64,000 nt of DNA from an uncultured Gammaproteobacteria bacterium. Lineage in GTDB: Bacteria; Patescibacteriota; Patescibacteriia; Magasanikbacterales; UBA922. Under the pieces are notes generated by a model that worked only from the letters and a program-made list of their open reading frames with translations, did no database searches and had not been told where the DNA came from. Both the position numbers and the translations under genes were made by a program. The stretch spans positions 778,892-842,891 of the forward strand of contig CAZQXB010000001.1 of assembly GCA_964597575.1 (NCBI GenBank), read 5' to 3'. This document shows positions 39,279-48,648 of this stretch, piece after piece; within the stretch, counting starts at the first letter, position 1; the number at the start of each line of letters is the position of its first letter.

Positions 39279-40065
39279 AACGACGAGCTCGTTTAACAAA
39301 AAGAATAGTCAGATTTTTTATGGAAATCCAAAGCGGCATCCGCCTTGAAGCATGTTCTTTGGCAAACACTTCTGGTACGGGTTCCTGAATACGTCGGCCG
39401 ATACCCGTGTAGGTTAGTCTTCGTTTACGACCCCGAGTTCCGCCTGAACTGTACGCAGCATCATCAAGAGGCGAGCGAGTAAGATGTGAGACATGCCAGT
39501 AACGCTCTTTCATCCACAACACCTCTGCCACCTCAAAAAAAACGTGATTCTCGCTATCACGGAGCATATCGTGGTCATAATCCCCTGCCCAATGCACTCC
39601 TCGTGTTTTTTTAAATGCTCGCGGAGAAAACCAACCCTGCTTCCCAAGCATATGGTACGCACCCTCTTTGCGTGTCTCGTGGAAAATATCACCAACGCAC
39701 AGATAAAACGGCACGATAACACACTCTGCATTAGGCTGACTGATTAAACGGAGCAGCTCTTCCCCTCCGCGTTTCGTCCAAATCTCATCTCCGTCAACAA
39801 TAAGGCACCACTCGGTATTTGTTCTTTCAATCATTTCTTGCCGAAGCGCGGTATGGCGCACACGGTCACACGGCCCCTTCTCTTCAAAAAGAATTTTTTC
39901 TGGAAACTCTCTCCTGACTCGCTCAATAATTTCAACCGTTGCGTCGGTTGATCCGGTATCAAATACCATGACTTGGTCGGCAAATGAAACAACCGAACGA
40001 AGTACGGCTTCAATAAAACACTCTTCATTTACGACAATACAGTGGACTGTAAATTTCGAAGGCAT
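39268..40065 (-). CDS. GT2 glycosyltransferase
   Basis: VNEE, FDTGSTD, WCLIVDGDE. Confidence 0.85.
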   Translation of the reverse strand: MPSKFTVHCIVVNEECFIEAVLRSVVSFADQVMVFDTGSTDATVEIIERVRREFPEKILFEEKGPCDRVRHTALRQEMIERTNTEWCLIVDGDEIWTKRGGEELLRLISQPNAECVIVPFYLCVGDIFHETRKEGAYHMLGKQGWFSPRAFKKTRGVHWAGDYDHDMLRDSENHVFFEVAEVLWMKERYWHVSHLTRSPLDDAAYSSGGTRGRKRRLTYTGIGRRIQEPVPEVFAKEHASRRMPLWISIKNLTILFVKRARRYVS

Positions 40066-40067
40066 AC

Positions 40068-41363
40068 TTACAAAGTAACAAGTGTTTTTCTCCGACGAAC
40101 ATACTCTGCGGCCACAACAGTATAGACATTCATAAGAAAGACTGTTCCAAAAAACGAGAAACTTGCTCCAATCACCCCAAATTGGGGAATAAGCACCATG
40201 TTAGCGCCAATCGTAATTGCAAGCTGAAGCACTCCTCCAATAGCAAGCACTTTCGTTGCATTTAATGCTGAAATCATGAGTGACCATGGCAGGGCAAGAA
40301 AATTGAGCAAAATACTATAACTCAAAATAACATAGACATTCATGGAGGCTGCGTACTCCGGCCCAAAAAGAAGAGGGAGAAAAACTTTAGACGGATAAAT
40401 AAAAAGTGCCAAACAAATTACTAAGGGGATAATTTTTCGATACATTGCTTTAAGCAATGTTTGCATTTCTAATACCGTTGCTTTCGCACTCATTTTTGGT
40501 GCAAGAACTGTTGTAAGCGACTGCAGCATATAGGTATAGAACACAATGAGTTGCATGCCGGCACTGTAAATGGCCACGTCTTTTACCGATAAATACCGAC
40601 TGATGAGTGTTTGATCAACCCGAGAGGCAATGATAATAAGAAAAGACCATATCATAACCCAAACACTAAACGAAAAAAGTTTCTGCCTCATTATAGCAAC
40701 CTCCTCGGAAGGAATAATGGTCCGTGAAAATCCTTTGGGTAACTGAGGAAGAGTTCCCAAAGTAACAAGCCACGGCACCGTAATATAGGCAAGAAGGAGG
40801 AGGCGAAGATCAAGAACCCCACAAAATACTAAACCCGCCACAAAAACAAACCGCAAAGTCCCTTTTATGGCATTCACTCGGGCAGCCGCCAAAAAACGTT
40901 GCGTCGCTTGCAAATAGACACTAATTGCTGCCGATAAAATAACCCCTCCCACGCCGAGAAAGGCGAGTTGAAAATACGGAGTGAGTGCTTCTTCATGATA
41001 CAAATGACGCGCTAACACCCCGGAGAGCAAAAGTCCACCAAGGGTAATACACAGAGTAAGGAAAAGGCGCCAACGCCACATCAATTTCACAAGGACCTTT
41101 AGTTTACTTTCTTCATGCTGGGCATAATAGTACGATGCAAAACGAAGAAAAGCGGCATTTAATCCAAAATCTGACAAATCGGTTACAGCCCCCAACACCA
41201 GAAGCGCCAACCCAAACATACCAAAAGCTTCTTGGGAAGTACTTCTTGCTAAAACTAAATTGGTCGCAAAAAGAGCAACATTATTTACAAACGAGCCAAT
41301 ATACACAACCGAAACATCACGGAACGCTTTCAGTTGAAATGTATTTCGAAGCACCTGAAACAT
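40068..41363 (-). CDS. wzx: Wzx-type oligosaccharide flippase
   Basis: ~12 TM MOP fold; LARS..FG, DFGL, RVDQ, AIYS, LFGPEY, LIPQFGVIGA. Confidence 0.85.
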   Translation of the reverse strand: MFQVLRNTFQLKAFRDVSVVYIGSFVNNVALFATNLVLARSTSQEAFGMFGLALLVLGAVTDLSDFGLNAAFLRFASYYYAQHEESKLKVLVKLMWRWRLFLTLCITLGGLLLSGVLARHLYHEEALTPYFQLAFLGVGGVILSAAISVYLQATQRFLAAARVNAIKGTLRFVFVAGLVFCGVLDLRLLLLAYITVPWLVTLGTLPQLPKGFSRTIIPSEEVAIMRQKLFSFSVWVMIWSFLIIIASRVDQTLISRYLSVKDVAIYSAGMQLIVFYTYMLQSLTTVLAPKMSAKATVLEMQTLLKAMYRKIIPLVICLALFIYPSKVFLPLLFGPEYAASMNVYVILSYSILLNFLALPWSLMISALNATKVLAIGGVLQLAITIGANMVLIPQFGVIGASFSFFGTVFLMNVYTVVAAEYVRRRKTLVTL

Positions 41364-41367
41364 ACAG

Positions 41368-42114
41368 CTAATCAATAACCCGCTCTCCGTTTGTTGCATC
41401 TTCCCCTTCTACCCCAAGAAAAGAGTGAGAGACTACCCGGGTTCCTGACCAATACGCAGGCAAAAGAAATTCGGCCGGATAATCAAGAAGTGCAAAAGGA
41501 AGTGAAGACCACAGGGCCCGACGCCACCGCCAAAATTCGTAGCCAGGAAACCCATAGGCACGGGTCGAGAGATACTTAGGGCGGAGAAGCCGACCATGAA
41601 GCCCTGGCCCCTCCCAAGACGTAAGAGTGGCTTTAGGGGTAAGGATATAGCGTCCGCTCACCTTATAATACCACGATGCGCCTTTTGGTATGGTAGGGGC
41701 GAGCGCTAAAAGCATGGCAATTTCACCGAGACTTTTGAGCCGACTATCAACCAGGCGTCGCACCAGCCAGTGCTTTCCAACATGAACCACGCGAATGTCT
41801 GTATCTTCTAAAAGCTCTAGGGGTAATTTAGAGCTTCCCTCTGCCACAATAATACTGACTTTCCCAAAAAGACGTTTCACTGAAGCAATGGTTTCTTTGG
41901 TCTGTTTCAGCCGATCGAGAGGCGCATACACCGAGCGGACTGGCGTGTAGCTGAGGGGTTTTGTTGTCGGCTGGATAACCGACGTAATTATGACACACGG
42001 CGAAGCACTCGTCGTCGGTCGAGACCGCTTCCAAAACAACGCAGCCACAAAAACCATGACTTGCCACGGCCAAACCACACACACTCGGTACAGTTGTCGA
42101 AAAACAAAAAACAT
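41368..42114 (-). CDS. Hypothetical protein, possibly GT-A-like glycan enzyme
   Basis: 248-aa ORF in tight operon; IITSVI, RLKQT..TI.S, YKVSGRY. Confidence 0.6.
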   Translation of the reverse strand: MFFVFRQLYRVCVVWPWQVMVFVAALFWKRSRPTTSASPCVIITSVIQPTTKPLSYTPVRSVYAPLDRLKQTKETIASVKRLFGKVSIIVAEGSSKLPLELLEDTDIRVVHVGKHWLVRRLVDSRLKSLGEIAMLLALAPTIPKGASWYYKVSGRYILTPKATLTSWEGPGLHGRLLRPKYLSTRAYGFPGYEFWRWRRALWSSLPFALLDYPAEFLLPAYWSGTRVVSHSFLGVEGEDATNGERVID

Positions 42115-42123
42115 ACGAATGTC

Positions 42124-42792
42124 TTACCCCTCTCGTTTGGCTTGATAGATAAACTGAATTGCAAAAAATTCTGGAAATGAATGAAGAAGGGGTTTGAGTG
42201 GATACCCGAGGCGACGCAAAAATCGCTCGTGCGATCCTGAACAGGGACGCGCAGACTCTACCAGATATCCCGCACTCTGTATCATCTCAGTCGCCGTTTT
42301 TTTGGTAAAAAAACGAAGGTGCGTTCGATCAAGAATTCCTGCATCCTCATAGGTAAAACGACCACAAAGGAGAGCTTTACGAATAGAGTAATGTGCAATG
42401 TTTGGCATGGAGATCACCAGTTTTCCTTGTGGAGCAAGGAGGGGCCGAAGACGTTGAAGTACTTTGACTGGGTCAACCATGTGTTCAAGAACGTCTGCCA
42501 AAAAAAGAACGTCAAATTGACCGGCCTCTGCTGCATGCCGCTCAATAAATTCTTCCACCGTCTCTTGAAATAACTTCGCATACCCAACACTTGAGGCATC
42601 ACGAAAAAGGGTCTCAACCGGCTCAATTCCCCACACCTCACACTTTTTTTCATGAATAAGGTACTCCCCCATATATCCACTTGCTGTTCCAACCTCAAGA
42701 ACACGGCTCTTCGCAGGAACTGTTTCTAAAAGAAGCTGGTGTGTACTAAACGGAGCAGGGTCGTATCGATATGTTCTTTTGGAATTATTCAT
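42124..42792 (-). CDS. Class I SAM-dependent methyltransferase
   Basis: VLEVGTASG, DVLEH, SMPNIAH, GILDRTHLRFFT. Confidence 0.88.
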   Translation of the reverse strand: MNNSKRTYRYDPAPFSTHQLLLETVPAKSRVLEVGTASGYMGEYLIHEKKCEVWGIEPVETLFRDASSVGYAKLFQETVEEFIERHAAEAGQFDVLFLADVLEHMVDPVKVLQRLRPLLAPQGKLVISMPNIAHYSIRKALLCGRFTYEDAGILDRTHLRFFTKKTATEMIQSAGYLVESARPCSGSHERFLRRLGYPLKPLLHSFPEFFAIQFIYQAKREG

Positions 42793-44272
42793 AGAGGGTC
42801 TGTTTTACTCGGGCACGAATAAGTAAAAAGAGTGGATACCCCCACACACCGAGAGCGACTATGGCACCGAACCAAAAAAACGGAGTTGGGTCATTGTGTA
42901 TGGACGTGTTTGAGATGAACCACAAGGGATAAAAGAAAAACGGTGCGGAACATATCCAAATCCACAGTCGTTTCGGCAGGCGAATAAGGTTCCGGCGTAT
43001 ACAGTACCAAGCAAACGGCAAAAGCCACGCAGTATACCACGGCCAAAAAGATTTTTGCCAAACCATAAGGAAAACGAGGAAGGAAAGAGTGATTGCACCT
43101 ACGGTCTGTTCTTCACCCCACACCGTTCGAAAGAAAAGTGCCTGAAATGCTTTTTTTATCAGTGGCCAAAGGAGCCAGACAAGAAGAACGAAGAGTGTGC
43201 CTTGAACACCCCGAGTTAAATACCAGTGGTATCCTTCACCAAGAAGCGACTGTGACAGTGGTTTTAATCCGTAGTATACAGTGGAAAATAAACTCATGAC
43301 CGCCCATTTTGACTGCATGAGAATAGGGGTAAACACTTTTGGACCATTCCAATATGGTGCCCACGCGGCAACAGTGAGAACGGTTACGACGCCACCCCCG
43401 AGGAGCAGATCTTTCAAGCGCACTGACCAATTTTTTCCCGTATCCTGCCACCACCACAAGAAAAACCATGGTGCTGTAAAAAGCGGAAGAAATTTAAGCC
43501 ACACCCCAACCATCAAAATCCCCGCCACAAAAACCCACTGACGGCTCCGAGCAAAAATGATTGCTAACAAAACAGTGATCACCCACAGCGCATCAAAGTG
43601 ACCATTCGTCACCCATTCAAAAAGAAGAATCGGAAAAAAGAGAAGCCAAATTTTTTTTTGAGATGTTGGTACTTCCTTTTCCAAAAGTTGTGAAAGGAGA
43701 AAAACTAAAAAAATCAAAGCTCCCACCATGAGCATCTTCCACAAAAAGAGAAATAAAAATGGATTTCCTTGGCTCGCTTTTTCTACGAGCACAAAAAGGT
43801 CAGCTGCAAGCGGACCGTACGAAAAGCCATGCACCGTGCTATCGGGCAAAGTATTCCCCGCAAACACATAGGAACGAGGCCAGGATTCGACAAACGGGTT
43901 CACCCCCTCAAGAATAGCTTGCCCTGCGGCTCGATAATACGTCATGTCGCTTGAACCGAGCGGAACAATAAGAAACGCAAGGCAGGCCACCAGTGGAAAA
44001 AGCCAACGATAGGTTGCTTTAGAAAAAAGCTCCTCCCTCTTTAAAAGAAAAGTGGTGGCGCCAGCAAAGAGTATTCCGACAAAAATAAGAAGAGCACCAA
44101 TACCCACAGCCTGGAGAGTAGTCGTTGGGGCCTGGCAGGTGAGCCAACCCACTTGCCACGCGCAAACACCGACAAGCGAACGGTACCACAAAAAAAGTGA
44201 CGGCACAGCAAGAATACCAAAGCCAAACAGAAGGGTGAGAAGTGGGGCCTCGCGGCGAAGACGAGCGATCAT
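42785..44272 (-). CDS. GT-C membrane glycosyltransferase (GT87/MptA-like)
   Basis: SSDMTYY..G, NPF, YGPL, GHFDA, LKF, WPWY motifs; ATGA overlap with upstream gene. Confidence 0.75.
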   Translation of the reverse strand: MIARLRREAPLLTLLFGFGILAVPSLFLWYRSLVGVCAWQVGWLTCQAPTTTLQAVGIGALLIFVGILFAGATTFLLKREELFSKATYRWLFPLVACLAFLIVPLGSSDMTYYRAAGQAILEGVNPFVESWPRSYVFAGNTLPDSTVHGFSYGPLAADLFVLVEKASQGNPFLFLFLWKMLMVGALIFLVFLLSQLLEKEVPTSQKKIWLLFFPILLFEWVTNGHFDALWVITVLLAIIFARSRQWVFVAGILMVGVWLKFLPLFTAPWFFLWWWQDTGKNWSVRLKDLLLGGGVVTVLTVAAWAPYWNGPKVFTPILMQSKWAVMSLFSTVYYGLKPLSQSLLGEGYHWYLTRGVQGTLFVLLVWLLWPLIKKAFQALFFRTVWGEEQTVGAITLSFLVFLMVWQKSFWPWYTAWLLPFAWYCIRRNLIRLPKRLWIWICSAPFFFYPLWFISNTSIHNDPTPFFWFGAIVALGVWGYPLFLLIRARVKQTLYE

Positions 44273-45009
44273 AGAGGACGACGAATAGTGGCAATAAGAG
44301 ATACCCCCCAAGGAAGTGTGCCGAGAAGACGAAACATCCCGTATTCAAAAAAATAAGGAATACTCATGACTCCGGAAATAAATGGTGACACTGGCCGGAC
44401 GTCTGACGTTTTTTTCTCTTTTTGAAACAAACGCATATACTGCCGAACCAAGACTACCCCCGGCAAAATAGTGGCATGAATCCAGCCAATACGGCTTTCT
44501 TTCGCAACGGAAGTAATCAGCGAGCGGAATGTCTTTTTAGTATACCGACGCTTATGGTGCAGAGCTACGTCGTGATACGACCAAAGGCTTGGGTGAGCCG
44601 GAACCGTGACCACAATAGTGCCGCCCGGCTTTACGACGCGATACAATTCCTTCATGACCTGCTCATCGTTATCGACATGCTCAATCATATCAAGCGCCGT
44701 AACGACATCAAATGACGCATCAGGGAATGGCAAGGCCGTAGCCTCTCCGAGGGTAACTCGCTGGCCTTTTTTTTCACAAAATGACTTTGCAAGAGGACTC
44801 ATATCAAGACCTTCAGCCGCAAAACCAAGCTCACTCAATTCTAAAAGAACTGCCCCGGTGCCACACCCCACATCGAGTGCCCGAAGTGAGCCTTCTGACG
44901 CACGAACCCCATTGTGTTCTAGGGCGAGACGCAAAAAATGACGCTTGGCTTTAAACCACCAATGGTCCTGCTCCAAAATATTCATTGATGCGTACTCCTC
45001 TTGTTCCAT
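44269..45009 (-). CDS. Class I SAM-dependent methyltransferase
   Basis: HWWF, LDVGCGTG, LDMIEH, VPAHPSLWSYHD..HHKRRY. Confidence 0.88.
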   Translation of the reverse strand: MEQEEYASMNILEQDHWWFKAKRHFLRLALEHNGVRASEGSLRALDVGCGTGAVLLELSELGFAAEGLDMSPLAKSFCEKKGQRVTLGEATALPFPDASFDVVTALDMIEHVDNDEQVMKELYRVVKPGGTIVVTVPAHPSLWSYHDVALHHKRRYTKKTFRSLITSVAKESRIGWIHATILPGVVLVRQYMRLFQKEKKTSDVRPVSPFISGVMSIPYFFEYGMFRLLGTLPWGVSLIATIRRPL

Positions 45010-45012
45010 AGC

Positions 45013-45735
45013 CTAACGATATTTACCACTGACACGGTTCGATAGCATTTGCCCGAGTTCCTGAAGCGAGCGAATAACGGCCTGAAATACTTTTACCCGG
45101 GAATCATCATCGTGGGCCCAAGCAACCGGCATTTGACGAACAGGGATTTTGTGAATATGCGCGATATAAAGAAGCTCGGTATCAAACCCCCAGCGATCAA
45201 TGCGAGCCCGAGGAAAAATGACATCAGCCGCATCCCTATGAAACGCTTTAAACCCGCACGTAAAATCTTTAATTCCTGGAACCAAAAGGTTAGAAAGTTT
45301 CGTAAAACCATGACCCAAAAAGGTACGGATCGATGACTCACTTTTTTGAATTGCGGAACCCTCCAATCGCCGACTCCCGATAACAATACGATCGGTTGGC
45401 GCCAGGACCTCCAAAAGATGATTAAATTCAGTAAGTGGAGTCGCGAGATCGATATCAAAAAATAAAACCCACTCACCTTTTGCATGTTTTGCCCCTTGTC
45501 GGACCGCGTATCCTTTCCCGTGGTTTTCAGAATAGGTGACAAGTTCGAACTGATATCTTTTCTGATACTCACGAAGCATTTTTTCTGTCTCATCTTTTGA
45601 TCCGTCATTCACAAAAAGAATTTCTACCGGCATCGGCACTGATTGAAAAAAAGAAAAAATCTGGTCAATCGTCTTAGGGATACGTCGTGTTTCGTTATAC
45701 ACCGGAATAACAATAGAAAAACGCGGTCGCTCCAT
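45013..45735 (-). CDS. GT2 dolichyl/polyprenyl-phosphate beta-glucosyltransferase-like (ALG5-type)
   Basis: IPVYNETRRI, NHGKGYAVRQG, DIDLATP, DFTCGFK, WGFDTE, PVAW..DSRV. Confidence 0.88.
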   Translation of the reverse strand: MERPRFSIVIPVYNETRRIPKTIDQIFSFFQSVPMPVEILFVNDGSKDETEKMLREYQKRYQFELVTYSENHGKGYAVRQGAKHAKGEWVLFFDIDLATPLTEFNHLLEVLAPTDRIVIGSRRLEGSAIQKSESSIRTFLGHGFTKLSNLLVPGIKDFTCGFKAFHRDAADVIFPRARIDRWGFDTELLYIAHIHKIPVRQMPVAWAHDDDSRVKVFQAVIRSLQELGQMLSNRVSGKYR

Positions 45736-45736
45736 A

Positions 45737-47749
45737 TTAATTAAGAGAATATTTCTTGATAAGCTCTTCACGAGTGGCTCCTAAATCAATACCCGAGGAA
45801 ACTGCGAGATCTAACGTTTTCTTCACTGCTTCTTTTTGACTTGTTACGTCATAGAGCCACAGAAGCCGAATCCAGCTCTCACGAATTTTCGGATCACTCT
45901 CCACGGCCCCCTGAAGCAAGGCCTCGGCTTCGGCAAATTTTCCTAAACGGGTCTTAATCGTAGCAAGCGTAAACGCAAGCTGTTGGCGCTTTGGCGAAAA
46001 AGGGATTGCTTGCTGCATGATCTCTTCAGCCTGAACAAGATATGATTGCTTTCCAGTAAGAACCGCCTGTTGCTCAAAGAGACTCGCCAATTGAATATTA
46101 ATACGCACATCGCGAGGATGAAGTGTGTGATTTTTTTCAAGCTCAAGAGCAGCTTTTACAAGAAACGCTTCAGCAAGCTCTTTCTGTTTTTGCTCGGCCA
46201 GTGGCCCAGCCACCTCGCCCATCACTCTCCCGACATCGTTACGCACATCATCAATATGTGGCGTAGGGATAGCAAGTGTTTCATCGTAGAGGGCAATAGC
46301 AGCTTGTGGGTTTCCATACACCGCCTGAACCGTTTTGAGCGCAGATTGGTTTGCGCGTTTTGGACTTATGTCCGTACTATATAAAAGTAAAAGTACAATG
46401 ATCCCAGCCCCAAGTACTGACGGCCAAGAAATCGCTTTTTTTGCTTCCCCTGTTTTTGCATGCTCACCCATGACGTAACCTGCGAGAAGAGCTAAAAAGA
46501 AGAAAAACGAAAGATACGAAGTCGGATTTTCAAAAACAAACAAGTTATGAACTAGGTGAGCTACAGTAAACCCGACCATCACAATAGCTGTTGCACTATT
46601 TATTCTTCCCGATTTCACGAGCCTGAAAATGGTATACACGGCAGCAGCAAATAACCCTAAATAACTTGCCACCCCAAGAACCCCCTGCGTCGCGAGGGTA
46701 TTCATGATCACGTTATGGGCATTATCGAACCAGGTTTCTCCATACCCAAACCGTAAAAATTCTGGACGATAAAATTCGTTAAAGGCGTAATAATAATTAT
46801 TCGGCCCCCATCCAAACACCGGTTTTGCTTTCCAGGCCTCAAAAGCCACTTTCCAGGCCATTAAACGGGTGCTTGCCGTCCCCTCAGAAAGCTCAGTGTT
46901 CAAAAGCGGGCCAAGCGAAGGGATCTCGCGGATAAACGAAGTCTGTCGAAACGAAACAAGCAAGGCTAAAACAATGACACCGAGAGCAATAACTCCGAGC
47001 GCAGGACGCCGAACTTTCGCATCAAAACGATACTTCCATAGTGTTAAAATGCTTATAATTCCAAGACCACTGAAAACCCCAAGGAGTGTTCCTCGAGTTC
47101 CACCCATGAAAATACCGAGAAATCCAAGAAAGGCACCAACGAGATAGGCGTATCGAACTGACATTTTAGCCACAGTGTCTTCAAAAAACATCCAGACTCC
47201 GAGAGCTAAAATAAACAAACCGTATCCACTTAAATAAATAGGGTTTCCGAGTGTTGCCGAAACACGGGTTGCCCCACGATTCAAAAACCACTCTGGATCA
47301 ATTTTTTGCCGCACCGCAAGAAGCATGACTAAGCTCCCTACCCCCAAAGCGACACGCTCAAGGAATCTCCAATCTTCTTTTTTCCGAATAACCGAGGAAA
47401 GAATAAGTGCGTAGGCGCCATAATGAAGCAAGGTAAAAAGACCAAGCATGCGCTCGTGGTTATTCCACAAACTTTGGTATGGATCTACTCCGAAAATGGT
47501 CGACAAAAGCCAGCTGAACAAAAAAGCGCACAAAACAAACACGAGGGCGATCTTTTTTGGAGCATACGCTTTTACATCTGAAAAGAGTAAGACGCTATAT
47601 ACTCCGATCATCACAAGAACGACCGAACGAAAAAAAAGAATTTTTGGTACGATAAAAGGAAAGATATAATCCGATGGGAACACCATGAGTGGCACGAGAA
47701 ACGCAATGGCTCCAAGACCAAGAATCACCCTCTCAAGAATTCGCTGCAT
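45737..47749 (-). CDS. O-antigen ligase/O-oligosaccharyltransferase-like (Wzy_C) protein with C-terminal TPRs
   Basis: ~12 TM, TLGNP, TRG, RLMAW, PVFGWGP, DNAHN; helical TPR-like C-terminus. Confidence 0.85.
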   Translation of the reverse strand: MQRILERVILGLGAIAFLVPLMVFPSDYIFPFIVPKILFFRSVVLVMIGVYSVLLFSDVKAYAPKKIALVFVLCAFLFSWLLSTIFGVDPYQSLWNNHERMLGLFTLLHYGAYALILSSVIRKKEDWRFLERVALGVGSLVMLLAVRQKIDPEWFLNRGATRVSATLGNPIYLSGYGLFILALGVWMFFEDTVAKMSVRYAYLVGAFLGFLGIFMGGTRGTLLGVFSGLGIISILTLWKYRFDAKVRRPALGVIALGVIVLALLVSFRQTSFIREIPSLGPLLNTELSEGTASTRLMAWKVAFEAWKAKPVFGWGPNNYYYAFNEFYRPEFLRFGYGETWFDNAHNVIMNTLATQGVLGVASYLGLFAAAVYTIFRLVKSGRINSATAIVMVGFTVAHLVHNLFVFENPTSYLSFFFFLALLAGYVMGEHAKTGEAKKAISWPSVLGAGIIVLLLLYSTDISPKRANQSALKTVQAVYGNPQAAIALYDETLAIPTPHIDDVRNDVGRVMGEVAGPLAEQKQKELAEAFLVKAALELEKNHTLHPRDVRINIQLASLFEQQAVLTGKQSYLVQAEEIMQQAIPFSPKRQQLAFTLATIKTRLGKFAEAEALLQGAVESDPKIRESWIRLLWLYDVTSQKEAVKKTLDLAVSSGIDLGATREELIKKYSLN

Positions 47750-47752
47750 ACA

Positions 47753-48532
47753 CTAGTAGATATGTTCGTCAAACCAGATTTCTTTGATTGCAACTTCAGC
47801 TTCTTTTACTTGGGCATTTGGAACACTGACCGCAAGATACCAATCATTCAGCACATTCGGAACCACGAGAAGTGATCGTCCGTTTGCATTACTTGTCACC
47901 TTAAATGCAGTATAGTCGCCCAATGTTCCGGCAATAAGCCGGCCAGTCCCCCGTAAACCTAACTGCGTGATAAGCTCAGCCTCTGGAGTTGAGGTGGTGA
48001 GGCAGGAAAAACATTTTGGACTAAACCCTGAAATAGACGGAAGTGCTTCACCCTTTCCATACCACCACACCAGCGTTTCTGTTTTCCCTCGGGCGGTTGA
48101 GGTAACAAAACTCATGCGATAGATATCAATACCTTTTTCTTTTGTAACAACAGGGCTCCCCCACGCTTGGTTGTAGCACATGGTAAGTGATGTTCCGCCG
48201 AGCACATACACCTCATCACCCCGACTCCGGCAGGTATTTGCGAAATCATATCGCACCATAACCAATTCAAATTCCTCTCTACTCGAAACCCGGGCACCAA
48301 AGCGATCACGACAAAACTTTTGTCCCTCATCGAGAACAGGAAATATTGGTGGACAAACACAGTACGGAGCAGTTGAAGTAACATCTCCGCCAGAAGCTTC
48401 GCACGACAGCGCTAAGGTCGCCCGCTCACGTTCACGGGCTTCTTTCTTTATATAGAGATACGAAGAAACGATAAGTACCGAAAAGAAAAGCAGATACCCA
48501 ATACCTTGGAAAATAGAGCGAGGAGAAGTCAT
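47753..48532 (-). CDS. Hypothetical single-TM exported protein with Cys pairs
   Basis: N-terminal TM, CEASGG..CVCP..C, further Cys pairs; first gene after a promoter. Confidence 0.7.
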   Translation of the reverse strand: MTSPRSIFQGIGYLLFFSVLIVSSYLYIKKEARERERATLALSCEASGGDVTSTAPYCVCPPIFPVLDEGQKFCRDRFGARVSSREEFELVMVRYDFANTCRSRGDEVYVLGGTSLTMCYNQAWGSPVVTKEKGIDIYRMSFVTSTARGKTETLVWWYGKGEALPSISGFSPKCFSCLTTSTPEAELITQLGLRGTGRLIAGTLGDYTAFKVTSNANGRSLLVVPNVLNDWYLAVSVPNAQVKEAEVAIKEIWFDEHIY

Positions 48533-48543
48533 ATAATGACGCC

Positions 48544-48572
48544 ACTATACCATGAGGGAAAGAACCCGTCAA
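48544..48572 (-). promoter_or_regulatory. sigma70 promoter heading the glycosylation operon
   Basis: TTGACG (48572-48567)-N17-TATAGT (48549-48544) with extended TG; 11 nt from the ATG. Confidence 0.75.
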
Positions 48573-48593
48573 AAGACCTTTGAACCCTACCCA

Positions 48594-48624
48594 AAAACAA
48601 AACTCCCCCGCCGAAGCGAGGGAG
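48594..48624 (-). terminator. Strong intrinsic terminator of the S-layer-like gene
   Basis: Minus strand CTCCCTCGC-TTCG-GCGGGGGAG then TTTTGTTTT (cUUCGg tetraloop). Confidence 0.88.
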
Positions 48625-48648
48625 AATTTGTTTCCTATCACGAAAGGA

